The position numbers and the translations under genes are program-made. From an uncultured Planctomycetaceae bacterium (lineage in GTDB: Bacteria > Planctomycetota > Phycisphaerae > SM23-33), in the NCBI GenBank assembly GCA_964557575.1, contig CAZLBC010000012.1, positions 17,400 through 81,399 of the forward strand: a stretch of 64,000 nt of DNA, written 5' to 3'. Positions 1-9,534 of this stretch are shown one piece after another. A model generated the notes under the pieces. That model saw only the letters and a list, made by a program, of their open reading frames with translations, did no database searches and was not told the DNA's origin. Position 1 is the first letter of the stretch. Every line of letters starts with the position of its first letter.

Positions 1-228
1 AGCGGAGGGCACAAGCGGAACTTCATCGACTGCATCATCAGCCGGAAGGAAACGATCTGCCCGGCCGAGGTCGGCCACCGCTCGATCAGCGTCGGCCTGC
101 TCGGGGAGATCGCGATGCTGACCGGCAGGAAGATCAGGTGGAACCCGGACACCGAGGAGATCATCGACGACCCGGCGGCCGCCGCGCTGCTCGGCAGGCC
201 CTACCGCGAGCCGTGGAAGCTCTCGTAA
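1..228 (+). CDS. Gfo/Idh/MocA-family oxidoreductase, C-terminal fragment (5' end outside window)
   Basis: Frame 1 reads SGGHKRNFIDCIISRKETICPAEVGHRSISVGLLGEIAMLTGRKIRWNPDTEEIIDDPAAAALLGRPYREPWKLS*, the typical C-terminus of this family (H.RNFIDC...GHRS...R.PW). Confidence 0.85.
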   Translation, partial: SGGHKRNFIDCIISRKETICPAEVGHRSISVGLLGEIAMLTGRKIRWNPDTEEIIDDPAAAALLGRPYREPWKLS

Positions 229-277
229 TACCGCGGTGCCCGGCAATGAATCGAAACAGCGACGTGGAGAACACACC

Positions 278-2752
278 ATGAAAAAGACGACAGTGATATC
301 GGCCGCCCTGTTCCTGTGCATGACGTCCGCAGGGGGCGACGTGTACGAAGACCTCGCCGCGTACGACTGGACGGCGAGCCGCGAACCCCTCGCCGCGATC
401 GCCCGAAAGATACGCGACGCCGGAACGCCGGCCGCGCGGGAGGCAATCGAGAAAAAGCTCATACCGATACTGGCATCCGACGCGGCGGGATATCCCGCAA
501 AACAGTTCGTCTGCCGCATGCTGCGGCGCATGGGGACGAAGGCCTCCGTCCCCGCCCTGTCCGCGCTCCTGGCGGACGAAAAGCTCTCGCACATGGCCCG
601 CTTCGCCCTGACCCGCCTGCCGTACCCGGAGGCGGGCGCCGCACTGATCGCCGCGATCGACAACACCGACGGTGACCTGAAGATCGGAATCATCGATTCC
701 ATCGGCCGCCGCCGCAATCCGCAGGCCGCGGTCGCCCTGGCGAAGCTTCTCGAAAACAAGGCGACGGCGCGCGCCGCGATCCGCGCGCTGGGGAATATCG
801 GCGGGAAAGACGCCTGTGCGGCGCTGGCCGGCGCGAAACTGCCCGCCGGTCTCGCCGTCGAGGCGCGGGATGCCCAGTTGAAGTGCGCCGACACCATGCT
901 CGCCGGCGGAAACGCGGACGCCGCGGCGAAGGTCTACGACCGGCTTTTCGACGAAGATAACACGAAGATGATCAGGATCGCCGCCCTGCGGGGCATCGTC
1001 ATGGCGAAAAAAGAGAAGGCGGTCGATCAACTGGTCGCGCTGCTGAAACGCGGGGATGAAGACCTCGCGAAGGCGGCCGGCACGTATGTCGTCGAGGTGC
1101 CCGGTACCGCCGCGACCAAGGCCCTCGCCGCCCATCTGGACGATCTGCCCGCGGAACCTTGCGCAACACTGCTCGACCTGCTTGCCGAGCGGGGGGATAC
1201 GGCCGCGTCTCCCGCCGTCGCCGCGCTGATCGACAGCGACGACGCGGCGACCCGTGTCGCCGCCGTCAGGGCGCTGGCCGTCCTCGGCGACGCCTCGTGC
1301 GTCCCGGCCCTGGCAAAATCCGCCGCCGGCGGGGGCGATACCGGCACGGCCGCGATCGAAACGCTGAACAGGATACGGGGTGACGGCGTGGGCGCGGCGA
1401 TGAGCCGTCTTTTGGAATCCGGGGACGCGGCGGTCAAGGCCGGGATCATCAAGGTCATGGCGACCCGGGCGGACCGGACGGTCGCGCCGGCACTGCTGAC
1501 TGCCGCGTCTGACCAGAACGCGGACATCCGGCGGGAGGCGATCACGGGCCTTGCTGCCGCGGCCGGCCCCGACCAGGTGCCCGGCATACTCGCGCTGCTG
1601 CTGTCCCCCGCCGACACCGCCGAACGCCCCGCGCTGGCAAAGGCACTGTCCCTGGCCGCGCTCCGCGCCGACGATCCCCGCACCTGCGCCGAGCAGATCG
1701 CACCCGCCGTGAAAAAGGCGAATAATGACACCAGGCCCCTGCTGCTCAACACGCTCGGGAGGCTGGGCGGCACGGCGGCACTCGAAGCCGTCCGCGGACA
1801 ACTCGATGCGAAAGACACGGACGTTGCCCGCGCGGCCGTCAAGGCACTGCAGGGCTGGCCGGACCCGGCCCCCGCGCCGGACCTGCTGAAGGTAATCAAG
1901 ACCACCGAGGACCCGGTATGCAAGACCCTCGCCTTCCGGGGTTATATCCGCATGGCGAACATGGCCGGGGATACAACACCCCAGCGGCGGGCGGGAATGT
2001 ACCGGCAGGCCGTTGAACTGGCGTCCACGCCGGAGGAAAAGAAGGCGGTCCTCGGCGGGCTGACCGAGGCCCATTCCGTCGCGGCACTCCAACTGGCAGA
2101 GGGGCTCCTGGACGAAAAAGGCGTGCAGGCGGAGGCGGCACTGGCCGTGGTGGAAATCGCCGCGAACATCCGCCAGGCCGATCCGGAACGGGCCCGCGCC
2201 GCGCTGAAAAAGGCGATCGAAAGCACGGACAACGCCGGGGTAAAAAAGAGGGCCCGATCCATCATCGACGAGATGGACAAGAACCGCGGATTCGTCGTCA
2301 CCTGGCTCATCAGCGGACCGTATACGCAAGGCGACGCGTTCAAGACCGCCTTCGCCCCGGAGAAGAAAGACGCGCAGGCCGAGTGGCGGCCGCTCAACAA
2401 GGGCGTCGGCCCCAAGGTCATCGACCTGAACAAGGCGGTCGGCGGGTCCAACCGGGCCGTCTACCTGAAGACCGGCGTCTACTGCCCGGCTGGCAAGAAG
2501 GTGACACTCGAGATGGGCAGCGACGACGGCGTCCAGGTGTGGGTCAACGGCAAAAAAGTCCACGCCAAAAACGCCGCGCGCCCGCTGAAAGTCGGGGAGG
2601 ATACGGCGACGGCCGCCCTCGATAAGGGCTGGAACACCTTCCTGGTCAAGATCTCGCAGGGCGGCGGCGACTGGGCGTTCTGCATGCGCGTCTGCGAGGC
2701 CGGCGGCGGCCCGCTCGAGGGGATGCGGGTCGACATCAATAAGGCACGCTGA
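278..2752 (+). CDS. Secreted HEAT-repeat protein with C-terminal PA14-like beta domain
   Basis: ATG at 278 after GGAGA; signal peptide MKKTTVISAALFLC; many Ala/Leu-rich HEAT units (R.AA..AL..LG); C-terminal GSDDGVQVWVNG...L.KGWN.FLVK motif. Confidence 0.8.
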   Translation: MKKTTVISAALFLCMTSAGGDVYEDLAAYDWTASREPLAAIARKIRDAGTPAAREAIEKKLIPILASDAAGYPAKQFVCRMLRRMGTKASVPALSALLADEKLSHMARFALTRLPYPEAGAALIAAIDNTDGDLKIGIIDSIGRRRNPQAAVALAKLLENKATARAAIRALGNIGGKDACAALAGAKLPAGLAVEARDAQLKCADTMLAGGNADAAAKVYDRLFDEDNTKMIRIAALRGIVMAKKEKAVDQLVALLKRGDEDLAKAAGTYVVEVPGTAATKALAAHLDDLPAEPCATLLDLLAERGDTAASPAVAALIDSDDAATRVAAVRALAVLGDASCVPALAKSAAGGGDTGTAAIETLNRIRGDGVGAAMSRLLESGDAAVKAGIIKVMATRADRTVAPALLTAASDQNADIRREAITGLAAAAGPDQVPGILALLLSPADTAERPALAKALSLAALRADDPRTCAEQIAPAVKKANNDTRPLLLNTLGRLGGTAALEAVRGQLDAKDTDVARAAVKALQGWPDPAPAPDLLKVIKTTEDPVCKTLAFRGYIRMANMAGDTTPQRRAGMYRQAVELASTPEEKKAVLGGLTEAHSVAALQLAEGLLDEKGVQAEAALAVVEIAANIRQADPERARAALKKAIESTDNAGVKKRARSIIDEMDKNRGFVVTWLISGPYTQGDAFKTAFAPEKKDAQAEWRPLNKGVGPKVIDLNKAVGGSNRAVYLKTGVYCPAGKKVTLEMGSDDGVQVWVNGKKVHAKNAARPLKVGEDTATAALDKGWNTFLVKISQGGGDWAFCMRVCEAGGGPLEGMRVDINKAR

Positions 2753-2824
2753 TCGCGACCATACTATTCCTTAAACCAGCGAATAAAAACGGCTACAGCT
2801 TGCAGAATTGCTGTATGACCGGCA

Positions 2825-2851
2825 TTTCGAGTGAAACGGTTTCACTCGAAA
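2825..2851. promoter_or_regulatory. Perfect 13-bp inverted repeat (operator-like site or hairpin)
   Basis: TTTCGAGTGAAAC-G-GTTTCACTCGAAA in the AT-richer intergenic gap. Confidence 0.5.
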
Positions 2852-2878
2852 GCCTTTGCGTCACAAGCAAGAAAATGA

Positions 2879-3175
2879 CCCTACGAGATACTGCAGAAGC
2901 ACCCGGACGTCGACGCGGTCGTGTCGTTCGTGGGGGAACCGGTATATACCGGCGCGTTCCCCGACACCGGAAGAAACAAATTACCCCCCCTCGTCTGTTT
3001 TGCTCCCCGGGGGACGCAGATACCCGAACTGATGAAAAAGGGCATCGTGGTATCGGCCGTCGTGCCGCGCAGCACGCCGAGCGATATATCAGCCGCCCGG
3101 GACAACTGGTTCGACGCCCTCTACGAGGTCGTCACGCCCGAGACCGTCGACGAGTGGGCCGGGGCGGGGAAATAA
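2879..3175 (+). pseudogene. Probable 5'-truncated gene remnant
   Basis: Protein-like frame YEILQKHPDVDAVVSFVGEP...WFDALYEVVTPETVDEW with GC-rich third positions; begins right after in-frame TGA 2876-2878; no convincing RBS/start. Confidence 0.5.
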
Positions 3176-3208
3176 GCAGGCCGCATCTCACCGCCCGGTA
3201 CCCGGCAC

Positions 3209-4513
3209 CTAATCGCGTTTTTCAATGGGCACGAATTCCCGGCGGTTCGGACCGCAGTACACCTGCCGGGGACGGCAGATCCGCTGCTTGCCGTCCCGCA
3301 GTTCCAGCCACTGGGCGATCCAGCCCGGAAGCCTGCCGAGCGCGAAGAGCACGGTGAACATGTTCGTGGGAATTCCCATCGCCTTGTACGAGATGCCGGT
3401 GTAGAAATCGATGTTCGGGTACAGGTTCCGCTCTTTGAAATAGGGGTCCTCGAGCGCGTGCTGCTCGAGTTCGAGGGCGATATCGAGGAGCGGGTCGTTC
3501 TTGTCCATGAAATTCAGGATCTCCCGGCAGGCCTTCTTGGCGACCTTCGCGCGGGGGTCGTATGCCTTGTACACGCGGTGGCCGAACCCCATGAGCCGGA
3601 AGGGATCGTCCTTGTCCTTCGCCCGCAGAACCGCGGCGTCGACGTCACCGCCCGCTTCTTGAATCTCCTCCAGCATCTCGATGACCTTCTGGTTGGCACC
3701 CCCGTGCAGCGGCCCCCACAGGGCGCAGATGCCGCCGGCGATTGAGGCGTACAGGTTGGCCTCCGCACTGCCGATAAAGCGAACCACGGACGTCGAACAG
3801 TTCTGCTCGTGATCGGCGTGCAGCAGGAGCAGCTTGTTCAGCGAGCCGACCATCTCGTCTCTGACATCAAGGGGATTTACGGGAGAATCGAACATCATGT
3901 GGAGAAAGTTCGAGCAGTACGAAAGGTCGTGCCGGGGGTAGACGTACGGTTCGCCGACGAATTTCTTGTACGAAAAGGCCGCTATGGTCCTGACCTTCGA
4001 CAGCAGCCGGGTCACGGTGATGTCGACGTTCTCGTCGGCGGTATCGCTCTCGAGTTCGGGGTAAAAGGTCGAGAGAGAAACCACCATCGCCGAGAGTATC
4101 GCCATGGGGTGTGCGTGCTCAGGGTAGCCGCGAAAGAAACTTCTCATGTCCTCGTGTATCATCGAATGCTGGTTCATGAGGTTCGAAAAATAAGACATCT
4201 CCTCCCGGTTCGGCAGCTTGCCGTGAACGAGCAGGTAGGCGACCTCCAGGAACGTGCAGTGTTCGGCGAGGTCCTCGATATCGTATCCCCGGTATCGCAG
4301 GATGCCCTTCTCGCCGTCGATGAAGGTGATGTTGCTGACACAGGCGCCGGTATTGGCGTAGCCGGGATCCAGCGTGATCATGCCCGTCTCCTTCCGCAGA
4401 CGGGTTATGTCGATCCCGATCTCCCCCTCGCTGCCGGTCATCATATCCAGGGACAGTTCATGGCCCCCGGCCGCAAGTTTCGCCGCGCCTTCTTCTTTCT
4501 TTATGTCGCTCAT
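3209..4513 (-). CDS. gltA: Citrate synthase (type II-like)
   Basis: Motifs GILRYRGY, HADHEQNCST, GPLHGGAN, LMGFGHRVYK, YPNIDFY. Confidence 0.97.
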   Translation of the reverse strand: MSDIKKEEGAAKLAAGGHELSLDMMTGSEGEIGIDITRLRKETGMITLDPGYANTGACVSNITFIDGEKGILRYRGYDIEDLAEHCTFLEVAYLLVHGKLPNREEMSYFSNLMNQHSMIHEDMRSFFRGYPEHAHPMAILSAMVVSLSTFYPELESDTADENVDITVTRLLSKVRTIAAFSYKKFVGEPYVYPRHDLSYCSNFLHMMFDSPVNPLDVRDEMVGSLNKLLLLHADHEQNCSTSVVRFIGSAEANLYASIAGGICALWGPLHGGANQKVIEMLEEIQEAGGDVDAAVLRAKDKDDPFRLMGFGHRVYKAYDPRAKVAKKACREILNFMDKNDPLLDIALELEQHALEDPYFKERNLYPNIDFYTGISYKAMGIPTNMFTVLFALGRLPGWIAQWLELRDGKQRICRPRQVYCGPNRREFVPIEKRD

Positions 4514-4593
4514 GTAATACGCTCTCCATCCAATAGTGGTTTTTCATCGAGGGACCAAGCGGGGGCAACACAAGCCCGAAATACGGCAGAGAG

Positions 4594-4622
4594 AGATTAA
4601 GTAATCCGCTCTCCGCCGTCAA
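4594..4622 (-). promoter_or_regulatory. Sigma70-type promoter upstream of gltA
   Basis: Minus strand TTGACG-17 nt-TAATCT. Confidence 0.55.
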
Positions 4623-4669
4623 GCGAAATGATTTCCTGAAAGAGCCCGTCTCGTCGCGAACCATACCCC

Positions 4670-6949
4670 CTACCACTGGGGGGGAAGGAAATCCTCCACA
4701 TTTTCGCGCGTTATGATTATCTTCCGCAGGTAGTAGATCGGGCGGTCGACAGTCCCGCCCCGAAACCACCGGGCCGCTATCTCTACGGGCAGCGCCCCGT
4801 CCGCCTCGGCGGACTGGTAGGTGATCGCGTGCAGCCGGCCTTTTTTGATAAAATCAAGCCCGGTGCCGCTCGAACCGGCGGAAATACACACAATGTCGCC
4901 CCGGCCCGCCTCTTTCAGCGCCTCGATAATGCCGATCTGGGCCTTGGAATCGTCTGCACTGACTATACCCTTGAGCCGGTCGCCGAATTCGTTTAGCCAG
5001 GCCGACACCTGTCTCTTGGTCTTCTCGGCATCCAGATCGGTCGTCTGCATATCCAGGCACGTCATCTTCGGCGCAACCTCCTTCAATTGGGACACGACGC
5101 TCCACGTCCTGGACAGGAAACAACTGGTTCCCGCAACGTGCCGCACGATACAGTAGCCCCCTTCGCCCTTCATTTTTCGCGAGAATTCCCGGGCCAGCAT
5201 CCTCATCTGCCCCCAGTCGTCCGGTCCGGTCCAGGTGATGACATACCGGTGTCCCTCGTCGACCGGCAGCAGGTTGCTCGCGATAGTGGGAATACCGGCA
5301 TCGTGGAGTTTCTTGAGCATCGGGACGGCACCCTTGGCATCCACCGGCGTTATGATCACCATGTCGGGCCTTTGGGCGATGGCCTGCTGCACCTGGTCCA
5401 TCTGGAGCTTGTTGTCGTTTCCCGCCTCCATCATAACCAGTTCCATCCCGTACAGATCTGCCAGGCGCCGCATACCGTTCCGGTAACCCGTCCAGTAGGG
5501 ATGGTCCATGTACTGGAGCGATATGACCTTTTTGCCCCGGGGACCGTCACCGGGGCTGTCCGGCAAGGGCAGCTTCGGCGTATCCCATCCGGCGTAGACA
5601 TAGTCGTACCAGTGCAGCAGGTCGTCCCGGGGCAACGATTCGGGGTCGTCGGGCCGGGCAGGAGCCTCGAGAGGTGAATGGTCGATCCAGATCAGCGGCT
5701 GGCCGTCGGTGGCCTTCAATTCCCGGGGATCGAAATCACGCGGCGCGGAAACGGATCCGCCGGGACCGGCCCCCGGGGAGGCGTGGTAGACGGTATACGT
5801 CCACATGGCGACGATCGCAACGATCGCGACACAGGCAACCGCGGATATGCATACGATGGCGAGCGTGTTTTCTTTTTTCCGGGGAGTCATTTCTTCCTGT
5901 TCCGTCCTTTCCGCCTGCAGGGAGTCGAATTCCTTCAGCAGTTCCCTGCGCTGTCCTCGTGTTGTTTCCAGCCGGGACATCCGTACCGCATCATAGAGTA
6001 TCACCGCCGCCAGCACGGCCCCCTGTGATACCAGCTTAACCGATTTGGAGGCCCCAAGATAACTCAGGCCGTTGGTCAGGCAGTTGAGCATAAAGAGGGC
6101 CACGACGCTCATGACCGCGCTTCCCCTCCCGCCGGCCATGGACGTGCCCCCGACGATGACCGCCGCAACCACCAGCATGAGGGTCTTGGCCCCCAGGTTC
6201 GGCATGGCAGTGTTCTGACCGAGGGCGGTCACCACGCCGCCCATGGTCGACAAAACACCGGAGAGTACGAAGACCCCGATAACATATCGGTCGACCGCAA
6301 TCCCCGCATGCCATGCCGCTTCGGCATTCCCCCCGATCAAAAACAGGTTTCTGCCCGCGCGCGTACGCCTGAGAAACAGCTCAACCGCCGCCACCGGCAG
6401 AAACACCATCAGCACGCGGGGCGACCAGGGCATCATGGGATCGAGCATACCCACCACACTCATGCCCTCATCCGCGTCCGCCAGCGAGACGCTTCCCCCG
6501 CCGAGTATGATGCGGGTCAGTCCGACCAGGATGGTCATCATGCCCAGAGTGACGATGAAGGAATTAATCCGCGCCTTCGCCACCAGGATGCCGTTGACCA
6601 GGCCGATACCGCCGCCGATGCACGACACGGCCAGTAGCGTCCCGGGCCACCCCAGCGCGGGCTGAAGATACATCACGCACGCGCCGCCGATACCCATCGC
6701 GGCACCCACTGAAAGATCGAGGTGGCCCATCAGCAGCACGAGGGTAAACGCGACGGCCGCAAAGGCATCAGTGCTTGTCGCCCGGAGCATATTACCGATA
6801 TTGAACCAGGTCGGAAAGACTCCCGGCAGGAGGGCGGACATGAGGCCGAATATCGCCGCGGTCATCAGCAGCAACCGCAGGCGGTACAGCCAGTCACCGA
6901 TCCCCCATCGGCGGTGTCCGTTCGCGATGTTGTCATGCAGTTGGTTCAT
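4670..6949 (-). CDS. CUT2 sugar ABC permease (RbsC-like) fused to a periplasmic sugar-binding domain (RbsB-like)
   Basis: N-half: LDLSVG, SFIVTLGM, IGGNAEAA, VIVGGTSMAGGRGS; C-half: HPYW, PDMVIITPVD, TWTGPDD, AITYQS. Confidence 0.88.
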   Translation of the reverse strand: MNQLHDNIANGHRRWGIGDWLYRLRLLLMTAAIFGLMSALLPGVFPTWFNIGNMLRATSTDAFAAVAFTLVLLMGHLDLSVGAAMGIGGACVMYLQPALGWPGTLLAVSCIGGGIGLVNGILVAKARINSFIVTLGMMTILVGLTRIILGGGSVSLADADEGMSVVGMLDPMMPWSPRVLMVFLPVAAVELFLRRTRAGRNLFLIGGNAEAAWHAGIAVDRYVIGVFVLSGVLSTMGGVVTALGQNTAMPNLGAKTLMLVVAAVIVGGTSMAGGRGSAVMSVVALFMLNCLTNGLSYLGASKSVKLVSQGAVLAAVILYDAVRMSRLETTRGQRRELLKEFDSLQAERTEQEEMTPRKKENTLAIVCISAVACVAIVAIVAMWTYTVYHASPGAGPGGSVSAPRDFDPRELKATDGQPLIWIDHSPLEAPARPDDPESLPRDDLLHWYDYVYAGWDTPKLPLPDSPGDGPRGKKVISLQYMDHPYWTGYRNGMRRLADLYGMELVMMEAGNDNKLQMDQVQQAIAQRPDMVIITPVDAKGAVPMLKKLHDAGIPTIASNLLPVDEGHRYVITWTGPDDWGQMRMLAREFSRKMKGEGGYCIVRHVAGTSCFLSRTWSVVSQLKEVAPKMTCLDMQTTDLDAEKTKRQVSAWLNEFGDRLKGIVSADDSKAQIGIIEALKEAGRGDIVCISAGSSGTGLDFIKKGRLHAITYQSAEADGALPVEIAARWFRGGTVDRPIYYLRKIIITRENVEDFLPPQW

Positions 6950-6958
6950 TTACGCGGC

Positions 6959-7963
6959 TCATTCACCGTCCCTGCCCCCCTTGCGCAGAAACCAGGAACT
7001 CAATCCGACCACGGCGATAAAGATGCCGCCCCGTATGAGATATTGCTCATCCTGGCCGATACCGGGCAGCAGGGGCATCACGTTTCCCAGGAGCCCGATC
7101 ACGAGCACCCCGCCGACGACGCCGATCGTGCTGCCGCGCCCGCCGCTCAGGGTCGTCCCGCCGATCACCACGGCGGTGATCGCCTGAAAATCATAGGTCA
7201 GCCCGCTTTCGACGTCGCCGTACATGTTGAAACTGGTCATAATGATCCCCCCGAGGGCGGCGGCGAAACCGGAAATCGCGAAGGCGGTCGCGATGACCCC
7301 GCCCACCGGAATACCGCTCAGTTTGGCCGCCGCGGAGGAGGCACCGGTGAGTTTGACCTTTTTGCCGAAACCGGTACGGCTGCGGAGGAAATACGTCACC
7401 GTCGCCATCGCGACAAACAGGACGACCGCCAGGGGCACCGCCCCGCCTATGTCCGCCCGGTAGAGGCCGGCAAAAAGGCTGCCCGGGACCGTTCCTTCGT
7501 CGACGTATACCCAGGTTCCCCCGTACGCCCAGCGGGTAATCCCATCCGCCAGGGACATGACCGCGAGTGTCCAGATAATGGGATTGAGCCTGAAGTAGCC
7601 GATTACGATTCCGTTAACCAGGCCGATCAAGGTTCCGGCGGCCAGCCCCCCCACGAGGGCCACGACAAATCCCCCGGGGAGCAGAACCACGGACACGATG
7701 CCCGAAACCGCCATCATCGCCGGGATGGACAGGTCCACGTACCGGCCGCAGCAGGTGACGAACGACAGGCCCAGGGAGACGATGCCCAGTATCGACACGT
7801 CCTTCACCGCCTGGAGCAGTTTCTCCGCCTTCCAGAACTCGTCGGAAAGATACCGCCCGATCAGCAGCAGCACCAGCGCGACGGCGTATATGCCCAGGAT
7901 CGCCAGGAGCCCCGAAAGGCCGCTTTTTCCCCCCTGCAGGCGCGCGGTATTCGATCGATTCAT
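6959..7963 (-). CDS. CUT2 sugar ABC transporter permease
   Basis: VDLS, AAKLSGI, AITAVVIGGTTLSGGRGS motifs; polytopic hydrophobic. Confidence 0.92.
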   Translation of the reverse strand: MNRSNTARLQGGKSGLSGLLAILGIYAVALVLLLIGRYLSDEFWKAEKLLQAVKDVSILGIVSLGLSFVTCCGRYVDLSIPAMMAVSGIVSVVLLPGGFVVALVGGLAAGTLIGLVNGIVIGYFRLNPIIWTLAVMSLADGITRWAYGGTWVYVDEGTVPGSLFAGLYRADIGGAVPLAVVLFVAMATVTYFLRSRTGFGKKVKLTGASSAAAKLSGIPVGGVIATAFAISGFAAALGGIIMTSFNMYGDVESGLTYDFQAITAVVIGGTTLSGGRGSTIGVVGGVLVIGLLGNVMPLLPGIGQDEQYLIRGGIFIAVVGLSSWFLRKGGRDGE

Positions 7964-9489
7964 GCCGACAGCAACTCCCCTTCCCCGTTCGCGGCGAGCA
8001 AGAGGTGCTCTTCGGTGCAGCGGGCCCGCTCGGCTTCGCCGATGATGCGTCCCTGCCGCAGGATGAGGACGCGGTCGGAAAGACCGACAAGTTCCGGCAG
8101 ATCGCTCGATATAAGAATGACCCCCCTGCCCCGGTCGGCGATGTCCGCGACAGCCCGGTGTATGACGGCCTTTGCGTTCACGTCGACCCCCCTCGTTGGC
8201 TCGTCAAGAATGAGCACCTTCGGCTCTGACGCCAGCCATTTCGCCAGGAGACCCTTCTGCTGGTTGCCCCCCGAAAAGTTCACCATCTCGCGCCGGGGCT
8301 CCGGGGGAGATATCCCCAGAGACGCAATCATGTCTCCCACGATTCTCCGCCCCGGCCCCGGGCGATAGACGCCGCAACTGCAGTGGCGGGGGATGATCGC
8401 GGAGAGGATATTCTCTCCCATGGTCAGCCGCAGGGCGAGGCCCTCGTTCTTCCGGTCCTCGGGCAGGTAGACCAGGCCCTTTCGCACCGCGGCGGGATAA
8501 TCGCGGGGCGTGATGTCCTCCCCGTCCAGGATGACCGCACCGTCGTCGAGGGGATCGATCCCGCAGGCGGACCGGGCCAGCTCGCTCCGGCCGGCGCCGT
8601 TGAGGCCACAGATGCCGAGAATCTCACCGCGGCGGAGCTGCAGCGACGCCTTGTGAAAAAAACCGTAGCGGGTCAACCCGACTGTTTCGAATAATACGGG
8701 CCCGGGCGCTCGTGTTCTTTTCGCGTACAGGTCGGACATCGCGCCCCCGACCATCAGTTCCACCAGCCGCGTGCTGTCCACGTCCCCGATCGCACAGGTA
8801 TCCACGCGCCGCCCGTCCCGCATGATTGTTACCCGGTCGGCAATACGGAAGACTTCCGGCAAGTGGTGGGAAATATAGATAATCGCCAGGCCGCGGTTTT
8901 TCAGCGATCGGATAATGCCGAAGAGCCGCTCGACTTCTTCCCGCGACAGGGACGAGGTCGGCTCATCCATCACGAGCACACGCGGTTCGGCGGAAAGTAC
9001 TTTGGCTATTTCCACCAACTGGGCCTCGTGCCGGCTCAACTCCCCGACCTCGGTCAGGGGGTCCACATCGAGACCGACCATATCGAGCCACCGCCGCGCT
9101 TCGTCGAACAAGGCCCGGCGGTCCAGGATCCCCCCCCATCGACGCGGGAGCCGACCCGCGAGAATGTTCTCCGCCACGGAGACGGGAGCGGCAAGGCTCA
9201 ACTCCTGGTAGACCATGCCGATCCCGCTGCGCCGAGCCACGGCGGGCGAACGCAGATCCACTTCCCGCCCCCCCAGCCGTATCGTGCCCGTGTAATCGTC
9301 GAACGATCCGGCCAGCGTTTTCATGAGGGTGGATTTCCCCGCCCCGTTTTCACCCATGATGGCGTGTACTTCTCCCGCCCGGGCACTGAAATCAACGTTA
9401 TCCACGGCAAGGGTGCCCGGGAAACGTTTGCTGACCGCCGACATCTCGATTACGATACCGGGTTCAGGATGTCTGCGGACATCATTCAT
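7960..9489 (-). CDS. Sugar ABC transporter ATP-binding protein (RbsA/MglA-like, two ABC domains)
   Basis: GENGAGKST, MDEPT, PEDRK, FSGGNQQK, LDEPTRGVD. Confidence 0.95.
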   Translation of the reverse strand: MNDVRRHPEPGIVIEMSAVSKRFPGTLAVDNVDFSARAGEVHAIMGENGAGKSTLMKTLAGSFDDYTGTIRLGGREVDLRSPAVARRSGIGMVYQELSLAAPVSVAENILAGRLPRRWGGILDRRALFDEARRWLDMVGLDVDPLTEVGELSRHEAQLVEIAKVLSAEPRVLVMDEPTSSLSREEVERLFGIIRSLKNRGLAIIYISHHLPEVFRIADRVTIMRDGRRVDTCAIGDVDSTRLVELMVGGAMSDLYAKRTRAPGPVLFETVGLTRYGFFHKASLQLRRGEILGICGLNGAGRSELARSACGIDPLDDGAVILDGEDITPRDYPAAVRKGLVYLPEDRKNEGLALRLTMGENILSAIIPRHCSCGVYRPGPGRRIVGDMIASLGISPPEPRREMVNFSGGNQQKGLLAKWLASEPKVLILDEPTRGVDVNAKAVIHRAVADIADRGRGVILISSDLPELVGLSDRVLILRQGRIIGEAERARCTEEHLLLAANGEGELLSA

Positions 9490-9534
9490 TCTCGTGAATC
9501 CGTCCTCTTGCGGCGTCAGGCCTGCCGATAGCGG

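Noticed and set aside
161-2563. 800-aa minus-strand ORF
   Set aside because: Antisense shadow of the HEAT-repeat gene; Arg/Gly-rich with no motifs, typical of high-GC DNA.
2800-3357. 185-aa ORF in the track
   Set aside because: Arg-rich, overlaps the gltA 3' end; the protein-like frame here is 2879-3175.
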